Assembly (NCBI GenBank): GCA_951406725.2
Contig: OX597817.1
Coordinates: 35,898,001-35,962,000 of the forward strand
Length of the DNA stretch: 64,000 nucleotides
Reading direction: 5' to 3'
Origin: Octopus vulgaris
Lineage: Eukaryota
The stretch's first letter is position 1, and every line of letters starts with the position of its first letter. Positions 39,475 through 51,935 of this stretch are shown here, piece by piece. The position numbers were made by a program, and so were the translations under genes. The notes beneath the pieces are model-generated. The model was not told where the DNA came from. It saw only the letters and a program-made list of their open reading frames with translations, and made no database searches.

Positions 39475-39517
39475 AATCTGACTAGTTTCAGCATTTATGA
39501 ATACCTCATCAGATATT
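39475..39517 (-). ncRNA. Minimal type I hammerhead ribozyme, canonical core
   Basis: rc aatat-CTGATGA-ggtatt cata aatgct-GAAACTAGTC-agatt: full core, 6-bp stem II, palindromic ACTAGT stem III, GUC site, stem I 4 of 5 paired. Confidence 0.72.
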
Positions 39518-39769
39518 GGTTAAACTTTTTTGTCCACTCTGGATAAAAAATAAGTGAATTATCAAACTCTGTTAAGATGCTAATTAATATTATAAATTAA
39601 TCAGATTTATCTCTTTTCCTGGATGCAGAGAGAAAAAAATCTGCAATTTAGTCATACTGTCTGGTTTTTCACTGTAAGTTTAAATGTGGATCTATTTAAA
39701 TTTCCACTTATGACTGTGTATATTTATATAGATAGATAGATACATACATATATATACATGTGTGTGCAT

Positions 39770-40175
39770 ACTCTTTACTATTTTACTTGTTTCATTCATT
39801 TGACTGCGGCCATGCTGGAGCACCGCCTTTAGTCGAGCAAATCGACCCCGGGACTTATTCTTTGTTAGCCCAGTACTTATTCTATCGGTCTCTTTTGCCG
39901 AACCTCTAAGTAACGGGGACGTAAACACACCAGCATCGGTTGTCAAGCAATGCTAGGGGGACAAACACAGACACACAAACATATACACACACACTTATAT
40001 ATATATACATATATACGACAGGTTTCTTTCAGTTTCCGTCTACCAAATCCACTCACAAGGCATTGGTCGGCCCAGGGCTATAGCAGAAGACACTTGCCCA
40101 AGATGCTACGCAGTGGGACTGAACCCGGAACCATGTGGTTGGTTAGCAAGCTACTTACCACACAGCCACTCCTGC
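39770..40175 (-). mobile_element. Full-length SINE family 1
   Basis: Reverse complement of 4111-4530. Confidence 0.85.
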
Positions 40176-40829
40176 ATGTGTATATATTATGTATATCTAA
40201 TATATGTGTCTATATATATATATATATATATACACATACATGCATATATATATGTGTGTGTATATATATATATATATATATACGAGGGGTAAAAATATAA
40301 TGAGGCAGAATGCTAAATTGAAAGTAAATTTTAATAAAAATGGGTGTATGGAAAATTAAAAAAGAAAAAATAATAAATTAAACCGGTTTTCATTGCAAGG
40401 CGAATTTTCAAGATTTGGAAGGGGAAAAAAGAAATTTACAATGTTTTTTTCAAAAAAATATTAATACATATATACAAAAATTAATAAATAAGTATACCAG
40501 TAAATTGTAGAGACCTTATGCTTTTAGGGTTCAATAATAGTCCTTGGAAAAACTTCTTTGGAGGATTAGGATCCATGTGCTTCAATGTAGTGCTTAGTTT
40601 AAAGCGCTGGGTGAAGTCCTATATATATATATTATATACATACACACACACGCACACATATATATATTCTGTAGAATGCGTTCATGCACCACACCGAATC
40701 AGGTGTTTTTTGGCTCAGTGTTCTTTTAATATTCAATTCCTATATTCTTGTTGCATTACAACTATATTATCTGAGTGAGGGCAGACCATATTGTTAAGAT
40801 GAGTTGTATAGTATCAAAACCAAATTTTG

Positions 40830-41005
40830 ATATTTTGAATGCATTTAATAGATATGCTTTAAGTAATTACATAATATAACTGTTATGTAATATACCATCA
40901 ACAGTTGACACTTCATTTTGAAATACTGACTGATGATGACGATATTGCATACCAGTTATTGCACATAACTACTTGAAACATACATATTAAATGCATTCAA
41001 AATAT
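40830..41005. repeat. Diverged inverted-repeat module
   Basis: ttttgaatgcatttaat...attaaatgcattcaaaa arms; ctgatga..gaaac remnants in the right arm. Confidence 0.6.
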
Positions 41006-41218
41006 TAATGCTTAATTCTTCGATTATTCTGATCTCTCTCTTTCTCTCTCTTCCTCTCCTGCTCTCTCTTTTCCCTCTCTCTCTCTCTTTTCCCTCTCTC
41101 TATATATACACACACAGAAAGAGAGAGAGAGAGAGATTCTAGTCTTGATCACAACTGTCAGACACATGAAATGCTGAGTAACCTATTTTTGTGATGTTTT
41201 TGCAGCTTTAATAAAAAA

Positions 41219-41272
<54 letters not shown>

Positions 41273-41856
41273 TATATAATGCATAACTATTGCAATATTA
41301 ATGTTCCAGTTATATATATATATACATATATATATCTAAAACTAATTATATCCAACTATTTGAAAGTAAAAGTGCAATAAGCTTGGGTTGCTGTGAGAAT
41401 GAAGGAAAATCCAACATCCTTATAAAACATAGCTTACCAATGAAAGATACATTTCTTCAATAAAAGATGCATTTTACCAATGAAGGACCCATCTTGCCAA
41501 TGATCAGCCCATTTCTCTGAAGAAGGATCCATCTCTTCACTAAGGGAGTAATTGCTGATAGTCTATCTTTAGTTTCCTCTGATCCCAACTATCAACTTAA
41601 TCAAAATTCAAAAGCTCTTAAATTTTATCTCAAGATTGCCTAGAATGTGATTAGTTAAATATCAAAGATGCTGACTTACATATTATTTATTTGTACTTGC
41701 TGTTAATATGAAGAATTTTCAGTCCTGTAAACTCAAACATTTCTTCAAAAGATACTGATCATAAACTCTAACTTTCTAATAAAATCTAATGTAGTCAGCC
41801 TATCTAGAACCCTTGATTATTTCATAAAATCCAGACATCACTTATTTTGCTATAGA

Positions 41857-42000
41857 TTAACCCTTTGAGCTCGTAACATCGGTTTACCAGTGGATGGCTT
41901 ATTTTTCTCTATACTGTAGCACCGCCCTACCAGTGTTGCGCATCAGGAAGCCAGGTATATGGTCAAATAAGGTTCAGGAGGTCAGGGCTCAAAGGGTTAA
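41857..42000. mobile_element. piggyBac-type MITE (TTAA-CCC...GGG-TTAA)
   Basis: ttaa|ccctttgagc ... gctcaaaggg|ttaa. Confidence 0.75.
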
Positions 42001-42369
42001 GTTTGCAAGATAGTATTTTCACAAATGCATTTTGATATTGTTTCACATATATTCTTGCTACAGGCATGGCACCGTGGGAATATATCTTCTATTATAGTCT
42101 TATGTTGGCCCAGATCATGCAAGTGAAGTTTGGTACATGGTGACCATGCAGCAGTTAGATGTATGTACTCATGAGTCATAGATTTAATCCATTGTCCACT
42201 CTAACACCATATTCTGGCCCTTGGGTGCCTTTGGTTACATTCTTCTCTCTGTTGTGACATTTGGACCAGCTGCCTGATCTGCAGATAACCCATGAGTCAT
42301 AGTTTCTCCCCCACTTTCTCCCACCACTCTCAGGAGCCTTGTGAAAGGTGATGGGAGCTCTTCTTGCCA

Positions 42370-42595
42370 TTAACCCTTTCGTTACTGTATTTATTTTGAG
42401 ATGTTCTGTGTTTCTTTCAATTACTTTAAATATATAAAAAAAATTTATTAAAATAACTTAGTTATCTTTCAGCTGGTGTCAGGAACATAAATTGTGACTA
42501 AGGTTTGGTAGATGTTGATTCAAAACTTATGAAAACAAGACATATGTACTCAGAGCAAGAGCCGGTTTCAGCCGGGTTGATAACGAAAGGGTTAA
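42370..42595. mobile_element. piggyBac-type MITE family (other copies 57290-57519 inverted, 60275-60504)
   Basis: ttaa|ccctttcgtta...taacgaaaggg|ttaa; the three copies share internal sequence. Confidence 0.85.
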
Positions 42596-43764
42596 GAAGC
42601 ATCTGATCTATTAATGTTCTTAGATCAACATTGTTTGAATTACCACCTTTTCAGATTCTTTATTTGTAGTTAATTAACTAAGTGGCTATTTCATAAAGAT
42701 TCTGCACAAATGTGTTAAGGAAGAAAAAACAGCCAGCAATGAAAAGTGTTGGTTTGTGTGTGTAGCTGAGATACTTAGATAGGTTTTAGCCACATTGGCC
42801 CAGGCCATAGCTAACTTACTAGCACCACCTGGAAAGGACATTTAGTAATGTATTTTTGTATAGTTATTTTTAGGTATCATTGTCCATTCAATTAAAGAGT
42901 TGTTGTTTGCAGCAGTATATCTGCGTGTAGGTGGTTTGTCTGGAATTTGTTGGAGATATTCGTGGTTACAATGGCAAAGACATTTTGGCAAATAGATAAG
43001 ACACACTCAAAAACAGTTAGGTTCTGGTTACAATGAGGTAACATGCTGTGGCTTGCCTGGTGCTTCAATCATCAGTAGATGTTTTCATCTCATCTGCCCA
43101 AATATACAAGTAATATAACAAGCCAATGAGGGAGACTTTATGTAGTTGCTTGACTACATAGATTTCTAGAAAATAGCAATTAAATCTGCTCAACTATTAA
43201 AGAAAATATAGCAAAATGATTGTTAGGAAATATAATGATAAAATTTGTTCCAGCTAAAGTAGAAGCTTTCAGAACATTTTATAATAACAGACAATACTTG
43301 TTTGCTAGCTGGTTGTTGAGAGGTAATCAAAGAAAAGGAAAATGCTACTGTATATATTTTCAATTGAGTTTCCTGTGGAAGGTTTGCCTGCATTAGCTCA
43401 TATAACTCATTGTTGTTATGGCTATGGTCAGTTCTATTTGAGCAGTCCATTAAAAAGTCTAATGTATGAAGTACTTAATATGCCAGCAGAGTGCAAGCTC
43501 CTTGTAGGATCTACCGTGCTGAACAGGTTAACGGATAGAGGCCAGAATAATATGGACCAACTCATCCCAGAGGTAAAACTGGGCTTGCGTAGAGCCAACA
43601 CCTCTACCTAGAAAAAAGCAACATTACAAAAGCATCAAAGACAACTCAGTCTTTGATGGCCTATAAGATTCTACCTGTGTCATATATATTCATAGGGCTA
43701 GTTTCCTGTTTCCATGGTGCATATATTCTTCCTGAGTGTGTCTTATCTATTTGCCAAAATGAAG

Positions 43765-44168
43765 GCGGTGAGGTGGCAGGATTGTTAGCACGCCTGGCAA
43801 AATGCTTAGCAGTATTTAGTCTGCTTTTACGTTCTGAGTTCAAATTCTGCTGAGGTCGACTTTACCTTTCATCCTTTTGGGATCGATAAATTAAGTACCA
43901 GTTACACACTGGGGTCGATGTAATCGACTTAATCCCTTTGTCTGTCCTTGTTTGTCCCTTCTATGTTTAGCCCCTTGTGGGAAATAAGAAACAAGAATGA
44001 TCGACCATTACAGGATTACTCATTTTTGTCAGCTGAGTGAACTGGAGTAACATAAAATGAAGTGTTTTGCTTGAGAACATGATGTGTGTGTTTCTGGTCA
44101 AGGAATCAAAACCACAATCTTGTGATCGTATGACCAACATCCTAACTACTAAGCCATGTGCTTCCACA
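43765..44168. mobile_element. SINE family 2 (+) abutting SINE family 3 (-)
   Basis: Matches 2930-3392 and 9858-10181. Confidence 0.7.
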
Positions 44169-44399
44169 ATAATGGCCTTTGCTACTACACAACTGGTAAG
44201 TTTACTCAACCTAAAACAATCCTAAATTACTCACTTTAGCATTTATAATAAAAGAGCTCTTGCACACTGGAGATTATTGTCCAGTGTTGTAGTGCACAAT
44301 GAAAAAAAATTCTTCAAATGTCTATGAATAAAATTTCATTGGTCACTTGCTAAAACTGTTGTTCTTTATCAATCTTGCCCTAGAAAAGCTTCATGTGAA

Positions 44400-46000
44400 T
44401 CCAGAAATAATGGTATATGGTAAACATTTTTAAAAGTCTTCTCTCAAATATCTTGACAGCATGTTGAATAAGGATGTAAATCTTGATGACAAAACTGCAA
44501 ATAGAACACAGAAGTCATGGATATCTTTTGGAAAATGATAATCTTCATTATTGTCTCAATGATAAATTTAAAAAATAACAATAAAATATCTATTTTTAAA
44601 CATATGATTTTGTCTGTGTGTATTTTTATGACTGTTGTTTTTTGTTTGTTCCTTCTCGAGCCATGCCTGGCTCATAAGGGCTGGTTTCCCGGTTTCCTTG
44701 GCATATAGGTTCCCCACCTGGACGGGATGCCGGTTCATCGCAGGAGAGCTGCAAGATGTAGGAGGAAAGAGTGAGAGTAAGTTGTGGTGAAAGAGTCAGC
44801 AGAAGTTCGCCATTACCTTCTGTCGGACCCACATGGAGCTTAGGTGTTTTGCTCAAAAACACACACATCACCCGATCTGAGATTCGAACCCGTGATCCCT
44901 CGACTGCGAGTCAGCTGCTCTAACCACTAGGCCATGTGCCTCCACATATTGCTGTGGAACATGAACATGTTAATTGGTTGGAACATTTAAAATAAAAGTG
45001 TCTTCTTTTACTTGTTTCAGTCATTAGACTGTGGCCATACTAGAGCACCACCTTGAAGAATTTTTAGTCAAATGAATCGACTCCAGTACTTTTCTTTTTT
45101 AAGCCTGATAGGTATTCTGTTGGCTCTTTTTCTGAACTGGTAAGTTAAGGGGATATAAACAAACCAACACTGGTTGTCAAGTGGTGTAGTGGGGACAAAA
45201 CACATGAGCACACACACACGATGGGCTTTTTCCAGTTTCAGTCTACTAAAGCCACTCACTAGGCTTTGGTTTGCCCTGAGCAATAGTAGAAGACATTTGC
45301 CTAAGGTGCCACACAACTGGACTGAACCTAGAATCATGCGGTTGGGAAGCGAACTTCTTACCACACAGCCACATTGAAAAATTTTGCATGCATCTTGGTG
45401 AGACTATGTAAGGAATATTGAAGTTTTGGTGCTAGCAAATGTTGCATGCATAGAAGCTTTCTTATTTCTTTACTGTCCACAAGGGGCTCCACACAGAGGG
45501 GACAAACAAGGACAGACAAATGGATTAAGTCGATTATATTGATCCCAGTGTGTAACTGGTACTTATTTAATCAACCCTGAAAGGATGAAAGGCAAAATTG
45601 ACCTCGATGGAATTTGAACTCAGAATGTAGTGGCAGATGAAATACAGCTAAGCATTTCGCCCGGTGTGCTAACGTTTCTGCCAGCTCGCTGCCTCTTACA
45701 ATGTAGCAGACCAAAGTGGGCAGGCCATGCAGTTCACATAGAACACAAAAGAACTCCAAAGTGTCTGTTTTATGGAGAATTATGTTCTTGGGACAATACC
45801 CACTCAAAAATTTGAAGTTAAATGATAAAGACTGTTTTAAATCCAATGTAAAAACTGGTTAATATTCATGTGAAAGGTTAAAGGCCCAAAGGGGATAAAA
45901 ATACACTGAATGTGTTCAAACAATATAAAACAAATCTCGTTAGATATGCAAAACTAAAGTGAGGTAGAGAGAAAGAAAACCCTATAAAAGATCAATAATC
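44400..46000 (+). pseudogene. Highly decayed RTE-BovB-like LINE fragments interrupted by three SINEs (44645-44945, 45000-45375, 45460-45692)
   Basis: RPKWAGHAVHIEHKRTPKCLFYGEL matches the RTE LRWAGHV..PK.LFYGEL motif. Confidence 0.6.
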
Positions 46001-46466
46001 AACTTGTAAACGAGTTTGTCTTTCTAGACTGGTCTAGTTAGCCATGTTACATGAACAAAAACCAGTGATGAGGGTAAAAATAGATCATTGCCTCTCGAAA
46101 AAAGACAATGTCTGCCAATCATGTTTGAAACTCTATCTCTTTATTGGAAGTCTAATGAGACATGTTCGTACACAATGCCAATTGTTATGATTGTGTATTT
46201 GCCTTTAATTGAGACATTTGTATAATACACCAGAGCCTTAATATGGAAAACTAGGAAAAGAAAAGCAAAGAGAAAGAACAAGAGAGGAAAAAAAAAACTT
46301 TCCCCTTGAGTACACACACACACTCCTTCACTTTCTCTTTCTCTTTATCTCTCTCTCTCTCTCTCTGTGACACTACCATTTTGAGGCAGCCTCCAGCAAA
46401 CAGAACACATTTATATAATAGTTATAGTAAAGGCAGCAAATCATGAGCAGGGTTGAAAATTTATCT

Positions 46467-46693
46467 TTAACCCTTTAGTGTTCCGATTATTCTATCAAAC
46501 ATAATGCTTATTGATTCCCATTGATTTGAATTAGTCGTGCATTATCTCATATCTTCAAGATCTTGATGGTGTAATTACTTAATGTAGAATAACATTGTAG
46601 GGTAGGTGTGAGAGCCTGGATCTGGTCAGTTTGAACATAAAACAGATTAAATATTTTGGCCGGATATGGCCGGTTTAAATACTAAGGGGTTAA
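46467..46693. mobile_element. piggyBac-type MITE, third family
   Basis: ttaa|ccctttagtgtt...aatactaagggg|ttaa. Confidence 0.7.
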
Positions 46694-47039
46694 ATTGCAG
46701 CTCATTAACAAGCAATGATCATAATCATTACAGAGCTGACTGCCATCATTGTGTATGTGTGTTTGTGTGTAAGTATGTAATGAATGTATACCTCTGTCAT
46801 CTCTTGACAACTGATGCTGATGTGTTTATGTCTTGCATAACTTAGCGATTTCGCAAAAGATTCCAATAGAATCATTACTGGGCTTCTAAAGAACAAGTCC
46901 TGGGGTCGATTTCTTCAAGTAAAACCCTTTAAGGCGGTGCTCCAGCATGGTCACGATCAAAATGACAGAAACAAGTAAAAGAGTAAATGAATAAGAGAAT
47001 GTATGTATGTGTGTATGTCCTTAAATCACAGCCTTGGTT

Positions 47040-48100
47040 TCTCCTGGGCTCTCTTTCTACTTACAAGTTCCCCATATAGCATTTGCTTAGGGATCTCTGC
47101 TATCCTTCATTCTAATAAGGTGTCCAGTGTAACCGGTGTCCAACGTATCCGGTGCTTACATTTTATTGAGGTCTTCACTGGGACATTCCATCAGTGTTCC
47201 TTTTTATTACGACTGACTTTGGCTTCTACCATACTGTGGGATCTTATTTCTTTGTCTTCGGGGTTTTCCTTATGATGGATTTCATTATAGAGTGTCCCAG
47301 CTATATCATGTCTCATCAGTAGATAATACCATGATGACATTTTTGGACAACTGCTTATGATGTGGGTGATATTTTCAGTGTTAACTCCACAAAGTCTGCA
47401 TCGGTTGTCACATTTTTCTGCTTTTCCCGCATCTCTATCCCTTTTGTGCATCAGGTAATTGGTTGATATTTCCTGTTCCTGGATTGAAAATGCATGCCCT
47501 TCAAAGTGGAAGGTAGCTATTGGTCCATGATAGATTGCTTTGATGCTCAATGCTACTATTATCTCGGAGCTTTCTACTAATATATCAATACCTAGTCTTC
47601 TGCTCATATAGGCTCGTCCTTTCATCTGATGATTCATTGCAGTAGAGTTGTGTGGCTTCTTTGGGCATATATTCTAGATTATCTGATAAGGAGTGTTGCT
47701 CAAGGAACTGTCTTCCAAGTCTTATGATGTTATCAGCCTCATGTATACAAACTTGGTCAAGGGATGCACTTCAACACTTGGTGGTTAAAAGATATTGCCG
47801 AAGGGATATGATACAACATTCAAAGGCATTCTGGATCGATGTTAAGCCTCTGCTGCTTTGTTTTCATTTTAGGTTGAAGTGGTCTACACCACTGTTTATG
47901 TGGAAATTATGTGTGCTTGTTAGTATTTTTCAGGTTTTCACATCAATGGCTCAGATTTCATCAAGCATCCAATCAAATGTTGGTATGAGTACTGGCACTG
48001 CAAACACATTGTAGGCCACTTTTATTGAATGCAGGGTGTTCTGCAGTCCAAATTTTCTTTATTCAGCTGTTATATTCTTTAGTGACACATATTTTGTTAC
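47040..48100 (-). pseudogene. R4/Dong/NeSL-like LINE remnant (RT thumb plus CCHC)
   Basis: EGHAFSIQEQEISTNYL..CRLCGVNTENITHIISSCPKMS..YLLMRHD; upstream reading resembles NVFAVPVLIPTF..DVENLKIL.. Confidence 0.8.
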
Positions 48101-48709
48101 AGGTGCATTTGTTGTATTTGTTGAAGTTCGGTTTCGATTGGTTTGGAGTTGCTGACGTCACATAATTTCAAACCAATCGAAACCAAACTTCAACAAATAC
48201 AACAAAAAGACCCTTTAAGAAAACCAACCAACTGGAACGACCCATAACTGTATCCTGTAAAGAAACCAACCAAGCAGAACGAAATGCTTGACCAAGGAAG
48301 ATCTGATCACAGAAAAAAATTTATAAATACATCTTTCCCTAAAACATACGATTACATGTGGAACCGACTGTTTAAAGATCTGAGAAACTGTAATTTCAAT
48401 TTTCACAGTTTTTTTTCAGTATGACTTGTCGACCACCACTGAAATTAATGAACCTTATACATTCTAACAAATTAATATACAGTTTTAATTTCAAGCTTAC
48501 ACATTCTGTTTTGAACATGATATTTTATCAACATTGAAATATTTTAATTTAATTTTGATTTGTCCACATTGAAATTTATAACGATGTTTTTACACTTTTA
48601 CCAGTGATAAATAAAAAATATTGTTGAAACTAGTTTGGTACATATGTAAATAAATGTAATTTAAACATTCACGAGTTTTTGAAATTTAAGTGGATTTTCA
48701 GCAACACAT

Positions 48710-49086
48710 TTACTTGCTCCAGTCATTTGTCTGCAGCCATGCTGGAGCATTGCCTTTAGTTGAGAAAATCGACCCCAAGACTTATTCTTTGTAAGCCTAG
48801 TACTTATTCTAGCGGTCTCTTTTGTTGAACCGCTAAGTTACAGGGACGAAAACACACCAGCATCGATTGTCAAGCGATGTTCAGGGGACAAACACACACA
48901 CACACACATATATATATACATATGCATATATACGATGGGCTTCTTCCAGTTTTTGTCTACTAAATCCACTCACAAGGCTTTGGTTGGCCTGAGGCTATAG
49001 TAGAAGACACTTGCCCAAGGTGCCATGCAGTGGGACTGAATCCGGAACTATGTGGTTGGTAAGCAAGCTACTTACCACACAGCCAC
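48710..49086 (-). mobile_element. SINE family 1
   Basis: Reverse complement of the consensus. Confidence 0.8.
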
Positions 49087-49454
49087 ACACACACTCACAT
49101 ATATATATGTATGTGTGTGTGTGTGTGTAATTTGGCAAAAGAGACCGATAGAATAAGAACCAGGTTTAAAAAAGACATTAAGTGCTGGGTTCAATTCATT
49201 TGGCTAAATATTCTTCAAGGTGTGCTCCAGCATGGCTGCAGTCAGATGACCGAGACAAAGAAAAAGATAAAAGGTAAAAGACAAAGGAATGCTTGCAGTG
49301 GACTTGAATTACCAGCTTGTCAGCTGATTGTCCTGTGTAATCTCAAATGCTTTCCTGTTTTTAAGGTTGATATTTAGCTGCTATTTCTAGCACGTGCACA
49401 CACACACACACACACACATACAAACATGCATATATATATATATATATATATATA

Positions 49455-50350
49455 TCTATATATATAAAACTGTAGTTGTGTGAGTGTCTGTCTCCTAACT
49501 CCTCCCACATTTTGCGGTGCAGTTTAACCAAATTCGGGTATCTTATAGTCGTGATTCATATCGAGCCCGTCTGGCTATTAGCGCGCGTCTACGATGAGTC
49601 TACGATTTTAAAAATAATTTAACATCATTTTTTATTCCATTTTAATGCATAATTTTTCGTGTGTCGATGGCGGCGGAGTTAGCGTCCACACTCAAACACC
49701 TGCACCTGTGTTTGCTTCTCCCCCTTCTTCCCTCCCTCGTGAAGCTGTGGGGAAGGGAGTTTAAGGAAATCAACGTCGTAATGCGTTGTCAAGGAGACCA
49801 GCGTTCTTTTAGAACAACGACTTCATGGCTTGAAGACACCAAAACAGAAATGGCTAAGAAAGCCCGAATTGGCATCTATAAGGGAAGTAACTCTCTAAAA
49901 ATGCTTATATAGTTATTTCCCTTACAAACCCGAGCAACGCCGGGCGATACTGCTAGTATATATATAAAAGAGAAGTTGTGTGTCTGTCTCCTACGATTTA
50001 GATTCCTAACTACTCCCACATTTTGCGGTGCAGTTTAACCAAAACCGGGTATCTTATAGTCGTGATTCATATCGAGCCCTTCTGGGTATTAGCGCGCGTC
50101 TACGATGAGTCTACGATTTAAAAAATAATTTACCATAATTTTTTTCCATTTTAATGCATTTTTCGCTATTATATAAGGGAAGTAACTCTCTAAAAATGTC
50201 TACGATGAGTCAACGATTTAAAAAAAATTCACCATAATTTTTTTTCCATTTTTAATGCATTTTTTTGCTATTTTTTGGCTATAACTCTCTAAAAATGCTT
50301 ATATAGTTATTTCCCTTACAAACCCGAGCAACGCCGGGCGATACTGCTAG
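49455..50350 (+). mobile_element. Tandem non-autonomous Helitrons, type A (49455-49956) and type B (49957-50350)
   Basis: Both end aaacccgagcaacgccgggcgatactgCTAG|T. Confidence 0.8.
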
Positions 50351-51128
50351 TATATATATATAATTTTATGGGTGTTTGCCAAGTCAGCTGCCAGACGTTG
50401 GAGTTTCAATGTATCCATGCCTAGGGAAGTAAGGCGTATTAAAGAAAAAAAATCAAAGAATGAACAACAACTATACAAGATTTATTTGCTTTTTGTTTTT
50501 ATTTATATATTTATTGTAAATTTTATTATCTCCATCATAACATTCCAGACTGTCATCAATATTAATCCAATTATCAAATCAATTAATCAATCAATCACAA
50601 TAGATGAAACCGTATGTTTTAATTTAAAACGAGCTTCTTTGAATGATTAAAATCTTTAAAAAAAAATATCCATCTTAAAAAATATGAATTTTGAAAGACT
50701 TTTCACTTTCTTTTTTTCTTAATTTCCTTATTTGTAACTGTTTCGAAAGTAGCAACATATGTCCGTGTGTGTGTGTGTGTTTTTACACCAACATTTTTGT
50801 GTGTAAAAGGACAAAAGTGAGTGAGAGAGTACTCAATATGGTAAATAAAATTTTATATGTATATAATTAAATATATATATATATATATATAAATAATTAA
50901 TAAAATCAAAGGGTAATCAGATGTTTTTATTTTTCATTCCCTTCGAAATTTTATCCCTAATAGTGGTTTGGAATTTAACTGTTCTCTCTAGCGTGCAAGG
51001 AATCCTATGATGGATGCCTCTTATGTGTTTAAATGTACACTGTATATATATATATATATATATATTGGTAAAAACGGTAAGATAACAAAAGAAAGAGACC
51101 TCAATATTATGTAAATAGAGGAAATTTA

Positions 51129-51231
51129 TCTGTAAAATAATATGTGACAATTATTCGGTAGCCAAGATAAAACTCTGAGTTTCGGATGCGGAATAATTGT
51201 CCGAATAATTGTCACATATTATTTTACAGAT
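51129..51231. repeat. 31-bp perfect inverted repeat downstream of the SOCS-box stop
   Basis: atctgtaaaataatatgtgacaattattcgg / ccgaataattgtcacatattattttacagat; the spacer holds half a hammerhead (rc gaaactcagagtt). Confidence 0.85.
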
Positions 51232-51466
51232 ATATGCATATATATGTACTTATTTCACAGTGCATTGATGAATACAGTCAAGCATGCAATATAGTTGATT
51301 GGTTGATTGCATGAAATCTTTACGTTTGGGCAAAGGGTGTATATGTAATCCTGTTATATCAATGAGTATCAGACTCAACACACACACACACTTCTAACAA
51401 AAGATTATCATGAGCTCTTTTTGGTTCAGTATCACAAAATAAATAAACAGCTACTGTATATATATA

Positions 51467-51511
<45 letters not shown>

Positions 51512-51743
51512 TCACACACAAACAAACACATACTGTGAGTTTTACAGTTTTGCACTATAATTTGCTTTTCGGGTATTATTAAGAAAGAATTTGGGGTAGC
51601 AGCAAGGATGGCTGTTGTATTTAGGCATCCAGTTCTTCAGAGAAATTGAATTGACAAATGCAATGATAGTCCTTCGCATTGATGGTACCAACTGCAAAAG
51701 GTAGAATATAAAATGAAATATTAAAAGAGGTCTGGGTTTAGCA

Positions 51744-51935
51744 TCATGTGAATTCTTTTAATGATAGGAAATGTTTAAGTTCCAAAGGAATTTCCAACTC
51801 TTCAATGCTGTCATCTACACAATTACGTAAGTTCCTGCGAATGCTTATTCGGCACCAGTCCATTAAAGAGCGTTGTGGGTAGATAAGCAGTTTAAACCAA
51901 GGTGCAACATGCTGGTAACTACTGCACATTTGTAC
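51744..51935 (-). CDS. Terminal coding exon of a SOCS-box protein (ASB/SPSB/WSB-type Cul5 substrate receptor; family not determinable here)
   Basis: Strong acceptor t11-gcttctttcctcag|GTA, phase 0. VQMCSSYQHVAPWFKLLIYPQRSLMDWCRISIRRNLRNCVDDSIEELEIPLELKHFLSLKEFT* contains a BC box (SLxxxCRxxIR) and a Cul5-box-like LEIP..LKxFL. Confidence 0.88.
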   Translation of the reverse strand, partial: VQMCSSYQHVAPWFKLLIYPQRSLMDWCRISIRRNLRNCVDDSIEELEIPLELKHFLSLKEFT

